NCBI GenBank assembly: GCA_040767085.1
Contig: JAXGPF010000005.1
Coordinates: 160,001-224,000 of the forward strand
From: Kiritimatiellia bacterium
GTDB taxonomy: Bacteria; Verrucomicrobiota; Kiritimatiellia; JAAZAB01
Reading direction: 5' to 3'
DNA: 64,000 nucleotides
Part shown: piece after piece, positions 1-8,623 of the stretch
Position numbering within the stretch: the stretch's first letter is position 1
How the letters are laid out: each line of letters begins with the position of its first letter
Position numbers and translations under genes: made by a program
Notes under the pieces: model-generated
What the model saw: only the letters and a program-made list of their open reading frames with translations
What the model was told of the DNA's origin: nothing
The model's database searches: none

Positions 1-1607
1 TGCAACTGCGCCTGCCCGGCTTCGATCGGATCCCAGCACTCAAACGCCTGTTCCAGGGATTTGAACCAAAGGAAATGCGCCGCGGCCTGGGGATGGCCGT
101 CGGCGGGCACCAGCGCATAGCGGTTGCAACATTGCAGCAGGTTGTCGGCCAGCAGCCCGTAATCCAGCACGGGGATTTGGTAGCGCAAGGCCAGCGCCTG
201 CAAGTCGCCGGTATTGGGGGTGTACTGGCCGCAATTCTGAAACATGCAGAACAGGAATTCCGTTTCCGGGTAACGCCGCTGAATCCAGCGGATGGCGCCT
301 TCAAACACCGCGACTTCGTCCGGAGTATCGGTTTTTTCGTTGGCGCCGCTGCCGAAAATCACCAGGTCGGGCCGGGGCCCTTCCGGCCGCGCAAACAAAT
401 CCGGATACAATTCCGCCCAGGTCCGCCCGGCGCCATGCCCGTTCAGGCCCGGGTCGGGCGGCAAGGCCAGGTTGCAGTAATCCGCCAACCCGGCATGGGC
501 CTCGCCGACGCATGAGCCGTCGCAAGCCATGATGTTCAGCAGTAATTTTTCCACGGGCAGATTGAACTTGCGCATCAACTCCAGGCGCAGCCGGCCGGCA
601 AAGCCCCAGTAATGCTGCCACCAGCCGACATAACCGGCCAGGTCCGGCCGGCCAACCATGCCCGGATCAAACGCATGGTTATCCGCCAGCGGCTGCTTGA
701 ACTCCGGCGCATCCGGGTTCTCGTTGTATGGGTAAAGCGGCGGATTGGCGCTGCCGCGGTCAATGCTGGACCCCATCACCATGATGTGCAGCGGTTCGCC
801 CTTCCAAAGTTTCTGCATGGTGCGCGGGATATGGCGGTAAACCGGACGCATGGCGCGCGCGCCGGGCCAGACCTGCCGCGGCGGCGGCGCCGCGGCGCCG
901 CGGACCAGCGCCGGGGCGTACACCCAGGCCGTATCGCCGGTGGACATGTTGGCGAATTCCACCTGGACACCGATGGTATTGACCGCCGTCGCGGAACCTT
1001 GCCGGTCATCGGATTGAAAGTTGCCGGGGATGGCGGCATCCTCGATCCGCAGAACGACATGGCCGGTGGCGGCGGCGGCCGTCTCGTAAAGCGCCGCCGT
1101 CACCAGTTCGCCGCGGCTCTGGCGGGGGAAAGTCCGCTGATCCGCCAGGCCGAAATCCTTGGGCTGCCATGCGCCGTCGGCGCTGTCGAGCTTCAGCAGC
1201 CGGAGGCGGACCTGCAGGGTGTTGGGCGCCGGCTGGCAGGCATGCGCCAGCAGGCTGACATGGTCGCCATGGGCCAGGCCGGCTTCCGGCAGGGTAAAAA
1301 ACTGAAACAGCCGCTTACCCGGCCGGATTTCGGCCAGGTTATCCACGGCGAAGTCCGGGCGCACGGCGGCATCCGCATGGCCGGCGCGGCCGACCTGGAT
1401 ATCGCCCCAGGCGTCCGTGTTCCAGAAGGCGATATTGCCGGAAGCGAACGATTCTCGCCGGCCGGAGCGATGATTTTTAAAAACATGAAACGCAAACTCC
1501 GGATTCTGCAAAAGATTCATATTGGCTAATTCCACTCCAATGGCCTGCAAGGCCGGCATCAGCAGCGCAGCCGCCATGCCTGACATTAACTTGCGCGCCG
1601 ATGCCAT
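1..1607 (-). CDS. Exported SGNH/GDSL-hydrolase-like protein (partial, runs off window start)
   Basis: Not in the ORF track because it has no stop in the window. Manual translation from ATG at 1607 gives MASARKLMSGMAAALLMPALQA (signal-like), then SGNH-like blocks VMGSSIDRG, GSGANE and DGHP. The start overlaps the tpx stop (TGATG). Confidence 0.65.
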   Translation of the reverse strand, partial: MASARKLMSGMAAALLMPALQAIGVELANMNLLQNPEFAFHVFKNHRSGRRESFASGNIAFWNTDAWGDIQVGRAGHADAAVRPDFAVDNLAEIRPGKRLFQFFTLPEAGLAHGDHVSLLAHACQPAPNTLQVRLRLLKLDSADGAWQPKDFGLADQRTFPRQSRGELVTAALYETAAAATGHVVLRIEDAAIPGNFQSDDRQGSATAVNTIGVQVEFANMSTGDTAWVYAPALVRGAAAPPPRQVWPGARAMRPVYRHIPRTMQKLWKGEPLHIMVMGSSIDRGSANPPLYPYNENPDAPEFKQPLADNHAFDPGMVGRPDLAGYVGWWQHYWGFAGRLRLELMRKFNLPVEKLLLNIMACDGSCVGEAHAGLADYCNLALPPDPGLNGHGAGRTWAELYPDLFARPEGPRPDLVIFGSGANEKTDTPDEVAVFEGAIRWIQRRYPETEFLFCMFQNCGQYTPNTGDLQALALRYQIPVLDYGLLADNLLQCCNRYALVPADGHPQAAAHFLWFKSLEQAFECWDPIEAGQAQL

Positions 1608-2122
1608 CACGCCCCCGCCGCCCCTTGCAGCGCCGCCAGGGCCTTGGCATAATCCGGCTCCTGCGCGATTTCCGGGACCTGCTCGGCATACACCACGCGG
1701 TTCTGGCCGTCCAGCACCAGCACCGCCCGGCTCATCAGGCCGGCCAGCGGCCCATCCACGATCTGCACCCCGTATTGGCGGCCGAAATCGGGAGCGCGCA
1801 TGGTGGAAAGCGTGGTGATGTTTTTCAAGTTCTGGCTTTCGCAAAACCGGCCCTGGGCAAACGGTAAATCGGCGGAAATATTGATCAGCGCCGTGTTGGG
1901 CAACCGCGCCACGGCCTCGTTGAACCGGCGGGCGGAAGCGGCGCAGACGGGGGTATCCAGGCTCGGCACGATGTTCAACAGCTTGCGGCGGGCGCCGAAA
2001 TGCGCCAGGCCGACATCCGCCAGTTCCGCGTTGGTCAACCGGAAATCCGGCGCCGTGGTTCCCACTGCCGGAAGATTGCCGGCCGTCTGCACCGGCTGGC
2101 CTTTGAATGTAATCGTCGCCAT
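1607..2122 (-). CDS. tpx: Thiol peroxidase (atypical 2-Cys peroxiredoxin)
   Basis: MATITFKGQPV...VPSLDTPVCA...ISADLPFAQGRFC...EPDY; RBS CAGGAG upstream. Confidence 0.95.
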   Translation of the reverse strand: MATITFKGQPVQTAGNLPAVGTTAPDFRLTNAELADVGLAHFGARRKLLNIVPSLDTPVCAASARRFNEAVARLPNTALINISADLPFAQGRFCESQNLKNITTLSTMRAPDFGRQYGVQIVDGPLAGLMSRAVLVLDGQNRVVYAEQVPEIAQEPDYAKALAALQGAAGA

Positions 2123-2446
2123 AATTTTACGCTCCTGTATTTTGGCCGGCCTGTCTTTTCGAACGGAGCGCCGCCCCGCGCCGCCCGCTTGCCTCCCGGC
2201 GCGGCGATCATGCCCGCCGCCGCGGGAAAACAACTTCATCTGTCTTTTATAATGCCAGACGAATGAAAGCAAGGACAATCCTTCCTTGCCGCCGGCACAC
2301 CGCACAATTTGGTTGCGCATTTTTACCGGTTAAGTAATATGTGTTTTTTGTCAGTGCCTGATAAAAAAGGTCTGGCAGCAATTCTGGATGGCGCAAAGCA
2401 ATCAATCGGGATGGCATGAGCATCATCAAGGAATGGAATAATCAAT

Positions 2447-3727
2447 ATGGCAATCTGGTATAACAAAGGCAGTGCGGAAACGGAAATCAATGACAGCGAC
2501 CTCAACGACTGTCTGCAGGCGGTAATCGCCGCGCTGCCGGCCGGCGCGCGTAAAATCCTGCTGATTCCGCCCGATTTCTCCCGCTTCCACTCCGGCGCCG
2601 GCGCAATCTGCGCCCGGTTATACCGGCTGCTCTCCCCGCGCGCCGAGGTGACGCTGCTCCCGGCGCTCGGCACCCACCGGCCGATGACCGCCGGGGAAAT
2701 TGAAACCATGTTCCCCGGCGTCCCGGCCGACCGTGTGCGCGTGCATGACTGGCGGCATGGCTTGACCCTGATGGGCGAAATCCCCGGCGCGCGCCTGGCG
2801 GAATTGAGCGGCGGCAAGGTGGATTACAACGTCCGGGTGGAAATTGACCGGATCGCCGCCGAAGGCGGGCATGACGCCATCCTCTCCGTGGGGCAGATCG
2901 TACCGCATGAAGTGATCGGCATGGCTAACGGCAATAAAAACATCCTGGTAGGCATCGGCGGTCCGGACATCATCAACAAGAGCCATTTTCTCGGCGCCGT
3001 CTGCAACATGGAAAACATCATGGGGCATATCGACAGCCCCGTGCGCACCCTGTTTAACGAGGCGGAAGACCGCTACCTGCGGCATCTGTCAATCCGCTAC
3101 ATCCTCACCGTGCGCGCGAAAAACGCCGCCAACCAACTGGTAACGCGCGGGCTTTTCGCCGGCGATACCCGCGACTGCTACCTGGCGGCCGCGCGCCTGA
3201 GCCAGCAGGTGAACATCATCCGCGTGCCGCCTCTGCCGAAAGTGGTGGTTTACCTCGATCCCGCGGAATTCAAGAGCACCTGGATCGGCAACAAGGCCAT
3301 TTACCGGACGCGGATGGCCATCGCCGATGACGGCGAGCTGCTGATCCTGGCGCCGGGCCTGGTGGAATTCGGCGAGGCGGAAATCAACGAACGCATGATC
3401 CGCAAGTACGGCTACCACGGCACGCCCGCCACCCTGCGCTACGTGGCGGAAGACCGGGAATTGCGCGAGAGCCTGGGCGCCGCCGCGCACTTGATTCACG
3501 GCTCCAGCGAAGGCCGGTTTTCCATCACTTACGCCTCCGGCGGCTTGGACCAGCGGGCGATTGAGGCGGCCGGATTTAAATACACCGACCTCGCCGCCGC
3601 CATGCAACGCTACAATCCCGAGCGCCTGCAGGACGGGTTCAACACCATGCCTGACGGCGAACGCATTTACTACATCTCCAATCCGGCGCTCGGGCTGTGG
3701 CAGATGGAAAAGCACCTGAATCCGTGA
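2447..3727 (+). CDS. LarA-family (lactate racemase-like, DUF2088) nickel-pincer-dependent racemase/epimerase
   Basis: Motifs PPDFSR, ALGTHRPM, VHDW and PHEVIGMANGNKNI; 426 aa. Confidence 0.85.
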   Translation: MAIWYNKGSAETEINDSDLNDCLQAVIAALPAGARKILLIPPDFSRFHSGAGAICARLYRLLSPRAEVTLLPALGTHRPMTAGEIETMFPGVPADRVRVHDWRHGLTLMGEIPGARLAELSGGKVDYNVRVEIDRIAAEGGHDAILSVGQIVPHEVIGMANGNKNILVGIGGPDIINKSHFLGAVCNMENIMGHIDSPVRTLFNEAEDRYLRHLSIRYILTVRAKNAANQLVTRGLFAGDTRDCYLAAARLSQQVNIIRVPPLPKVVVYLDPAEFKSTWIGNKAIYRTRMAIADDGELLILAPGLVEFGEAEINERMIRKYGYHGTPATLRYVAEDRELRESLGAAAHLIHGSSEGRFSITYASGGLDQRAIEAAGFKYTDLAAAMQRYNPERLQDGFNTMPDGERIYYISNPALGLWQMEKHLNP

Positions 3728-3757
3728 CGGGATTTTATGTTGCACGAATTCCGGCAA

Positions 3758-3837
3758 AATCTGCGTAAATCTGCGTAATCTGCGGATAAAAAATAATCCG
3801 CGGATGACACGAACCGGACACTGAACACCGAACACTG
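3758..3837. repeat. Short-period intergenic repeats
   Basis: AATCTGCGTA/AATCTGCGT/AATCTGCGGA in tandem, a partial inverted copy, then heptamer repeats ACACTGA ACACCGA ACACTG. Confidence 0.6.
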
Positions 3838-3870
3838 GCTGTTGAACCACTTCCGGGAGGCAGAGCGACC

Positions 3871-5580
3871 ATGCCGGAAAATACTGGCCGGACCGCCGTG
3901 TTCCTGGCCGTCAACGCCACCCATTCCCATACCAACCCGGCGGGCTGGACCCTGGGCCAGGCGGCCCGCGCCGCCGGCTGGGAATGGCGAATCGTCGAGG
4001 CGACGGCCCGCGAGCCCATGCCGCCTTTGTTATTGCGTCTGGCGCAGAACGCGCCCGCCGTGCTGGCGGCGTCTTTTTTCCTGTTTAACCGCAATTTTTT
4101 GCTGGATGTGTTGGCCCGTTACAAGTGCCTGCACCCGGAATGCATCCTGCTCGGCGGCGGGCCGGAATTTCTGGGCGATAATCGCGCCTTCTTGAAGCGG
4201 CATCCGTTCATGGACGCCGTCATCCGCGGCGAAGGCGAGGCGGCCTTGCCGGATTTCCTGGCGCGCTGGAATCAGCCCGGATGTTGGCATGAAGTGCAGG
4301 GCGTCTGCGCCCGGCCCGGCGGCTCCGACCTGGACACGGGCGCAGCCCGCCTGCCGGATTTGAATGCCATGCCGCCGGCTACGCCCGCGGGTTGGCGGCG
4401 GAACCACAAACCATTTCTCCTGGCGGAGACCAGCCGGGGCTGCGCCGGCCAATGCGTCTTCTGCACCAGCGGCGCCGGCGCGACGCCGACCCGGCATTTT
4501 CCCATCGCCCGCGTACAGGAAGAACTGCGCCGCCTCCAGGCAACCGGCCTGCCGGAGGTCCGCCTGGCGGACCGCACGTTCAACGAATCACCCACCCGGT
4601 GCATCCGCCTGCTCCGGATGTTCCGCGATGAGTTTCCATCCATGCGGTTCCACCTGGAAATTGATCCGGGGCGGGTGACACCCGCCATCATGCAGGAATT
4701 CGCCGCGGCCCGCCCCGGCCAGCTTTACCTGGAATTGGGCGTGCAGACATTGACCGCGGCGGTATTTCAAAATCTCGGCCGGGCCGGCACGCTGGACGCC
4801 GCCCGCGCCGCCACGCGCCAGTTATGCGCCATGCCCCGCCTGCAAACGCATGTTGACCTGATCGCCGGCCTGCCCGGCGGCACCCTGGCAATGCTGCGGG
4901 CGGATTTACAGGCCCTGGTTGCCATGCGCCCGGCCGCCATCCAACTCGAAATCCTGAAACTCCTCCCCGGCACAGCCCTCGCCGCTGACCGGGAACGGTG
5001 GGGACTCCGCGCCGCACCCACCCCGCCCTATGAAGTTCTGGCCACCGCCGCCATGCCGCCGGCGGAACTGGAGACGGCCAGGCAATGGTCATGCCTGGTA
5101 GACTGGTTTTATAACGCGCCCGACTTGCAGCCGGTGACCATTGCCGCCGCCGGTAAAATCCATGACTTCTGGCCGGCCCTGGCGGACGCCTGCCGGGCGC
5201 AGTTAAGCCTTTGCGACGCGCCCAGCCTGGAAAACCGCTTCCGTATTTTTGACGCATTCCTCCAGGCGCACGCCGCGCAGGCGCCGGACTTGCGGCATCG
5301 CCTGCATTACGCGCGTTTGCGGCATAGTCTGAGCCATGGCTACGGGATGGATATCCAACCCTGGAAAAAACCGCTGCCGGACAATGCCCGCCTGGTGGAA
5401 GGCGACGCCGCCGCGGAACCAGCCCAGGTTTGGCTGGCGCGCCTCGACCGGCAATACTACTTCGTTTACACCCGGGATTCCCGCCGGGCGGCAGCAGTTT
5501 ACGTTGAGGAAGAACCGCCCGGGAATCCTTTTAAATCCAAAATCGACATTGCCAAACCAGGCCGGACCGGGTATATTTAA
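3871..5580 (+). CDS. B12-binding-domain radical SAM protein (DUF4080-type)
   Basis: LGGGPEF and IRGEGE in the B12-binding region; ETSRGCAGQCVFC (CxxxCxxC); DRTFN; HVDLIAGLPG. Confidence 0.85.
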   Translation: MPENTGRTAVFLAVNATHSHTNPAGWTLGQAARAAGWEWRIVEATAREPMPPLLLRLAQNAPAVLAASFFLFNRNFLLDVLARYKCLHPECILLGGGPEFLGDNRAFLKRHPFMDAVIRGEGEAALPDFLARWNQPGCWHEVQGVCARPGGSDLDTGAARLPDLNAMPPATPAGWRRNHKPFLLAETSRGCAGQCVFCTSGAGATPTRHFPIARVQEELRRLQATGLPEVRLADRTFNESPTRCIRLLRMFRDEFPSMRFHLEIDPGRVTPAIMQEFAAARPGQLYLELGVQTLTAAVFQNLGRAGTLDAARAATRQLCAMPRLQTHVDLIAGLPGGTLAMLRADLQALVAMRPAAIQLEILKLLPGTALAADRERWGLRAAPTPPYEVLATAAMPPAELETARQWSCLVDWFYNAPDLQPVTIAAAGKIHDFWPALADACRAQLSLCDAPSLENRFRIFDAFLQAHAAQAPDLRHRLHYARLRHSLSHGYGMDIQPWKKPLPDNARLVEGDAAAEPAQVWLARLDRQYYFVYTRDSRRAAAVYVEEEPPGNPFKSKIDIAKPGRTGYI

Positions 5581-5678
5581 CCCATATTTTACCACGGAAC
5601 GGCATCCGGATGCCGGGAATTGGCTGAGCAAAACGAGCCGCTGGTTGAAAAGACCGTGTCGGTAACAGGGAGGTTAGC

Positions 5679-6983
5679 ATGCTGGCTTGCGCAAAACGCC
5701 TGGATATCACACCGTCCGGTCCAGTCTGGATGGATGGCATGATCCGCGCCCATCCCTCCACCGGCGTCCATGATCCGATTTACGCCAAAGCCCTCGCCCT
5801 GGCGCATTCCCGGCGCCCGGAAGATTGTTTTGTGCTGGTCTCGCTGGATGTCTGCGTACTGCGCACGGAGGACGCCCGGGATATCCGCCAAACCGCCGCC
5901 CGCGCCGCCGGCATTCCCGCCGGCAATATCATCCTGGCCGCGACCCACAATCATTCCGGCCCCGCCCTGGCCGGCATCCTGACTCCTGCAGCGGACGCGT
6001 ATCTGGGCGAATTGAAACCGCGCTTGTCGGATTTGATCGCGCAAACCGCCGGCGGCCTGGCGCCCGCCGCGGCCGGCTGGGCGGCCGGCGCGGAAAAAAC
6101 CATCAGCCATTACCGGCGCCTCATGGCGGATGATGGCCATGTGGTGATGAACTGGGAGCCATATGCCCCGGAACACATCATCGGGCCGCTGGGCAAAATT
6201 GACCCGGAAGTCCTGGCGCTGCGGGTAACCGCCGCCGGCGCGGCGGCGGAACCGATCGCCCTGCTGTTCAACCACGCCGGCCACCCAAATGTCCTCTCGG
6301 GCGATAATTACCTGATCAGCGGCGATTATCCCGGCCTGGCTGAAAAAATCCTCCAGGAAAAATGCGGCGGGGTGGCCCTCTTTCTGAACGGCGCACAGGG
6401 TTCCGTGGACATTGACGGGCTGAAAGACCGCGACGATGCCGGATTGCAGCGCGTCGCCCGGGCCCTGGCGGAAACTGTCCGGCCGCTGGCGGACAAAATC
6501 CGCCTGGCCGACCAGCCAATCGCCGGCGCGAATCATACCTTCAATGTGCCCTCCCGGAAGATCACCGATGAAGAAATTGAATGGGCGAACGGAATATTGA
6601 AGCAAACCGGGGGCGCCATCCAGTCCATGGCTGACGGCGTTGGCGACGACTATAAGGCCCGGCTCTATACTTCCCTGCGGCAAATTCAGGATCAGGACAT
6701 TGTCATCGAGCAGACCTGTGTGGCCGTCGGCGATGCCGCGCTGATCACCTTCCCCGGCGAGTTGTTCACCGAAATCGGCATGCGGATCAAAGCCAAGAGC
6801 CCGTTCCGCCACACCGCCATCGTCGGCCTGGCTAACGGCTATATTGGTTACGTCCCCACCGCCAAGGCCATTCTGGAAGGCGGCTACGAATCCGACACCC
6901 GGCGGTTGGACGCCGCCGCCGAGGACTTGATTGTGGAGCACAGTTTGAAATTATTGAACCGGGTACAACGAGCGCAACGATGA
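5679..6983 (+). CDS. Neutral/alkaline ceramidase N-terminal-domain family hydrolase
   Basis: HDPIYAKAL, ATHNHSGP, NHAGHP, ISGDYPG, PGELF, GYVPT...EGGYE. Confidence 0.8.
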   Translation: MLACAKRLDITPSGPVWMDGMIRAHPSTGVHDPIYAKALALAHSRRPEDCFVLVSLDVCVLRTEDARDIRQTAARAAGIPAGNIILAATHNHSGPALAGILTPAADAYLGELKPRLSDLIAQTAGGLAPAAAGWAAGAEKTISHYRRLMADDGHVVMNWEPYAPEHIIGPLGKIDPEVLALRVTAAGAAAEPIALLFNHAGHPNVLSGDNYLISGDYPGLAEKILQEKCGGVALFLNGAQGSVDIDGLKDRDDAGLQRVARALAETVRPLADKIRLADQPIAGANHTFNVPSRKITDEEIEWANGILKQTGGAIQSMADGVGDDYKARLYTSLRQIQDQDIVIEQTCVAVGDAALITFPGELFTEIGMRIKAKSPFRHTAIVGLANGYIGYVPTAKAILEGGYESDTRRLDAAAEDLIVEHSLKLLNRVQRAQR

Positions 6984-7011
6984 GAGTGAATTTCAAAAGT
7001 CCGCGCAGAAC

Positions 7012-7124
7012 GGTTGGGGTGTAACCCAACCCTCCAAAAACCTGTGGTTCTTGTGTTCTGGGAGGGCCGGCTTCCCCGCCATAGTTCGCCGCGGCGAACT
7101 ATGGCGGGCACAGCCACGCCGGCC
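7012..7124. repeat. Pair of GGAG-type REP-like hairpins, one interrupted by a perfect 34-bp palindrome
   Basis: 7012-7035 reads GGAGGGTTGGGTTACACCCCAACC on the - strand. 7061-7124 reads GGAGGGCCGGCTTC...CACGCCGGCC. The palindrome CCCGCCATAGTTCGCCG|CGGCGAACTATGGCGGG is at 7075-7108. Confidence 0.65.
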
Positions 7125-7181
7125 AAGACTCTTGAAATTGGCTCATCATTCTTAGTTCATCATTCATAATTTACCGCGCCC

Positions 7182-8606
7182 ATGGCCACCCAATCCCTCA
7201 GTTTATTGCAATCCCAGAGGCAGATTCAGACACTGGCGCCGCAATTGCGCCAGTCGCTCGAATTGCTGCAGGTGCCGGCGCTGGAGCTGCGCGCCATGAT
7301 TCAGAAGGAACTCCAGCAGAATCCCACCCTGGAGGAAAAGCCGTCCGACACCCCGCCCATTGAAATCGAACCGGGCGCCAGCGCGGTGGACGATGCCGGG
7401 GAAATGAGTTTCAAGGAAGAATTCGATATCCTGTCCCGCATGGACGACGAGTGGTGCGAATATTTCATGCAGGAACAGGAATACCGCGCTCCCGACCCGG
7501 ATTACGACAAAAAACAGGAGTTTTTGATTAATTCCGCGGGGGAATCGCTCCAGGAACACCTGCGCCGGCAGTTGGCAGTCGCCGCCCTTGACGAACGCGA
7601 CCGGCGGCTCGGGGAATTGCTGATTGGCTCCATCAACGAGGACGGTTTCCTGGCGCAATCGCTGGAAGCCCTGGCGGAATCCGCCGGCGCCGATCCGTCG
7701 CGCCTGCAGGACGTGCTGAACCTGATCCAGGATTTCAGCCCGGTGGGCGTCGGCGCCCGCGACTTGCGGGAATGCCTGCTGCTGCAGCTGGAGCGGCTGG
7801 GCCACGCCGGTTCGATTGCCGCCCCCATTGTGGAACAGCACCTGGAACTGCTGGGCCGCCATGAATACCGGGAGATCGCCCGTCTGTTAAACCAGCCGCT
7901 GGCGGAGGTGCATCGGGCCGCGCGCCTGATCGCCACGCTCGATCCGCGCCCCGGACGCGCATTCAACGCGGATGTGACCCAGTATATCGTTCCGGAAGTC
8001 ACCGTGGAAAAGGTCAACGGCCGGTACATCGTCATGCTGAGCAACGACCACCTGCCGCACCTGCGCATCAGCCGGCAGTACCGGGAGTTGATGCAGCAGC
8101 GCGAGACGCAGGCGGAAGTCCGGGACTACATCCGCGACCGCATCCGCTCCGGCATCCTGCTTATCAAAAGCATCGCGCAGCGTCAGCAGACCATCTACCG
8201 CGTCGCCGCGGAAATCGTCCGCGTGCAGAGCGACTTCCTCGACCGCGGCATCGCCCACCTCCGGCCGCTGGTGATGGCCGACATTGCGCGCAAGGTGAAA
8301 TTGCACGAAACCACGATTTCCCGGTGTGTGGCCAACAAGTACATGCAGACGCCCCAGGGCATTTTCGAAATGAAGTACTTCTTCACCCCGGGTCTCAAAA
8401 CCGACGGCGGCGCAACTGTCTCCAACAAAACGGTGCAGGACATGCTCCAAACCCTGGTGGCGCAGGAAAATCCCGCGCAGCCGCTGGCCGACCAGGAAAT
8501 CCAGGCGCGGCTGCAGCAGCAGGGCATCCAGGTCGCGCGCCGCACCATCGCCAAGTACCGGCTCGCCCTCAAAATTCCGCCATCGCACCTGCGGAAAACT
8601 TCCTGA
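7182..8606 (+). CDS. rpoN: RNA polymerase sigma-54 factor
   Basis: Q/L-rich region I, PVGVGARDLRECL, LHETTISR, and RpoN box ARRTIAKYR. Confidence 0.97.
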   Translation: MATQSLSLLQSQRQIQTLAPQLRQSLELLQVPALELRAMIQKELQQNPTLEEKPSDTPPIEIEPGASAVDDAGEMSFKEEFDILSRMDDEWCEYFMQEQEYRAPDPDYDKKQEFLINSAGESLQEHLRRQLAVAALDERDRRLGELLIGSINEDGFLAQSLEALAESAGADPSRLQDVLNLIQDFSPVGVGARDLRECLLLQLERLGHAGSIAAPIVEQHLELLGRHEYREIARLLNQPLAEVHRAARLIATLDPRPGRAFNADVTQYIVPEVTVEKVNGRYIVMLSNDHLPHLRISRQYRELMQQRETQAEVRDYIRDRIRSGILLIKSIAQRQQTIYRVAAEIVRVQSDFLDRGIAHLRPLVMADIARKVKLHETTISRCVANKYMQTPQGIFEMKYFFTPGLKTDGGATVSNKTVQDMLQTLVAQENPAQPLADQEIQARLQQQGIQVARRTIAKYRLALKIPPSHLRKTS

Positions 8607-8623
8607 ACACGCGGGCGCGGCGA

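Noticed and set aside
612-1529. Long shadow ORFs (e.g. 612-1529 +, 5589-6941 -, 26300-27844 -, 31191-32822 -, 46549-47922 +)
   Set aside because: They are antisense to well-supported genes, are expected in high-GC DNA, and have no recognisable motifs.
3758-3837. Short repeats as a CRISPR array
   Set aside because: Units are 7-10 bp with no unique spacers, and no cas genes are present.
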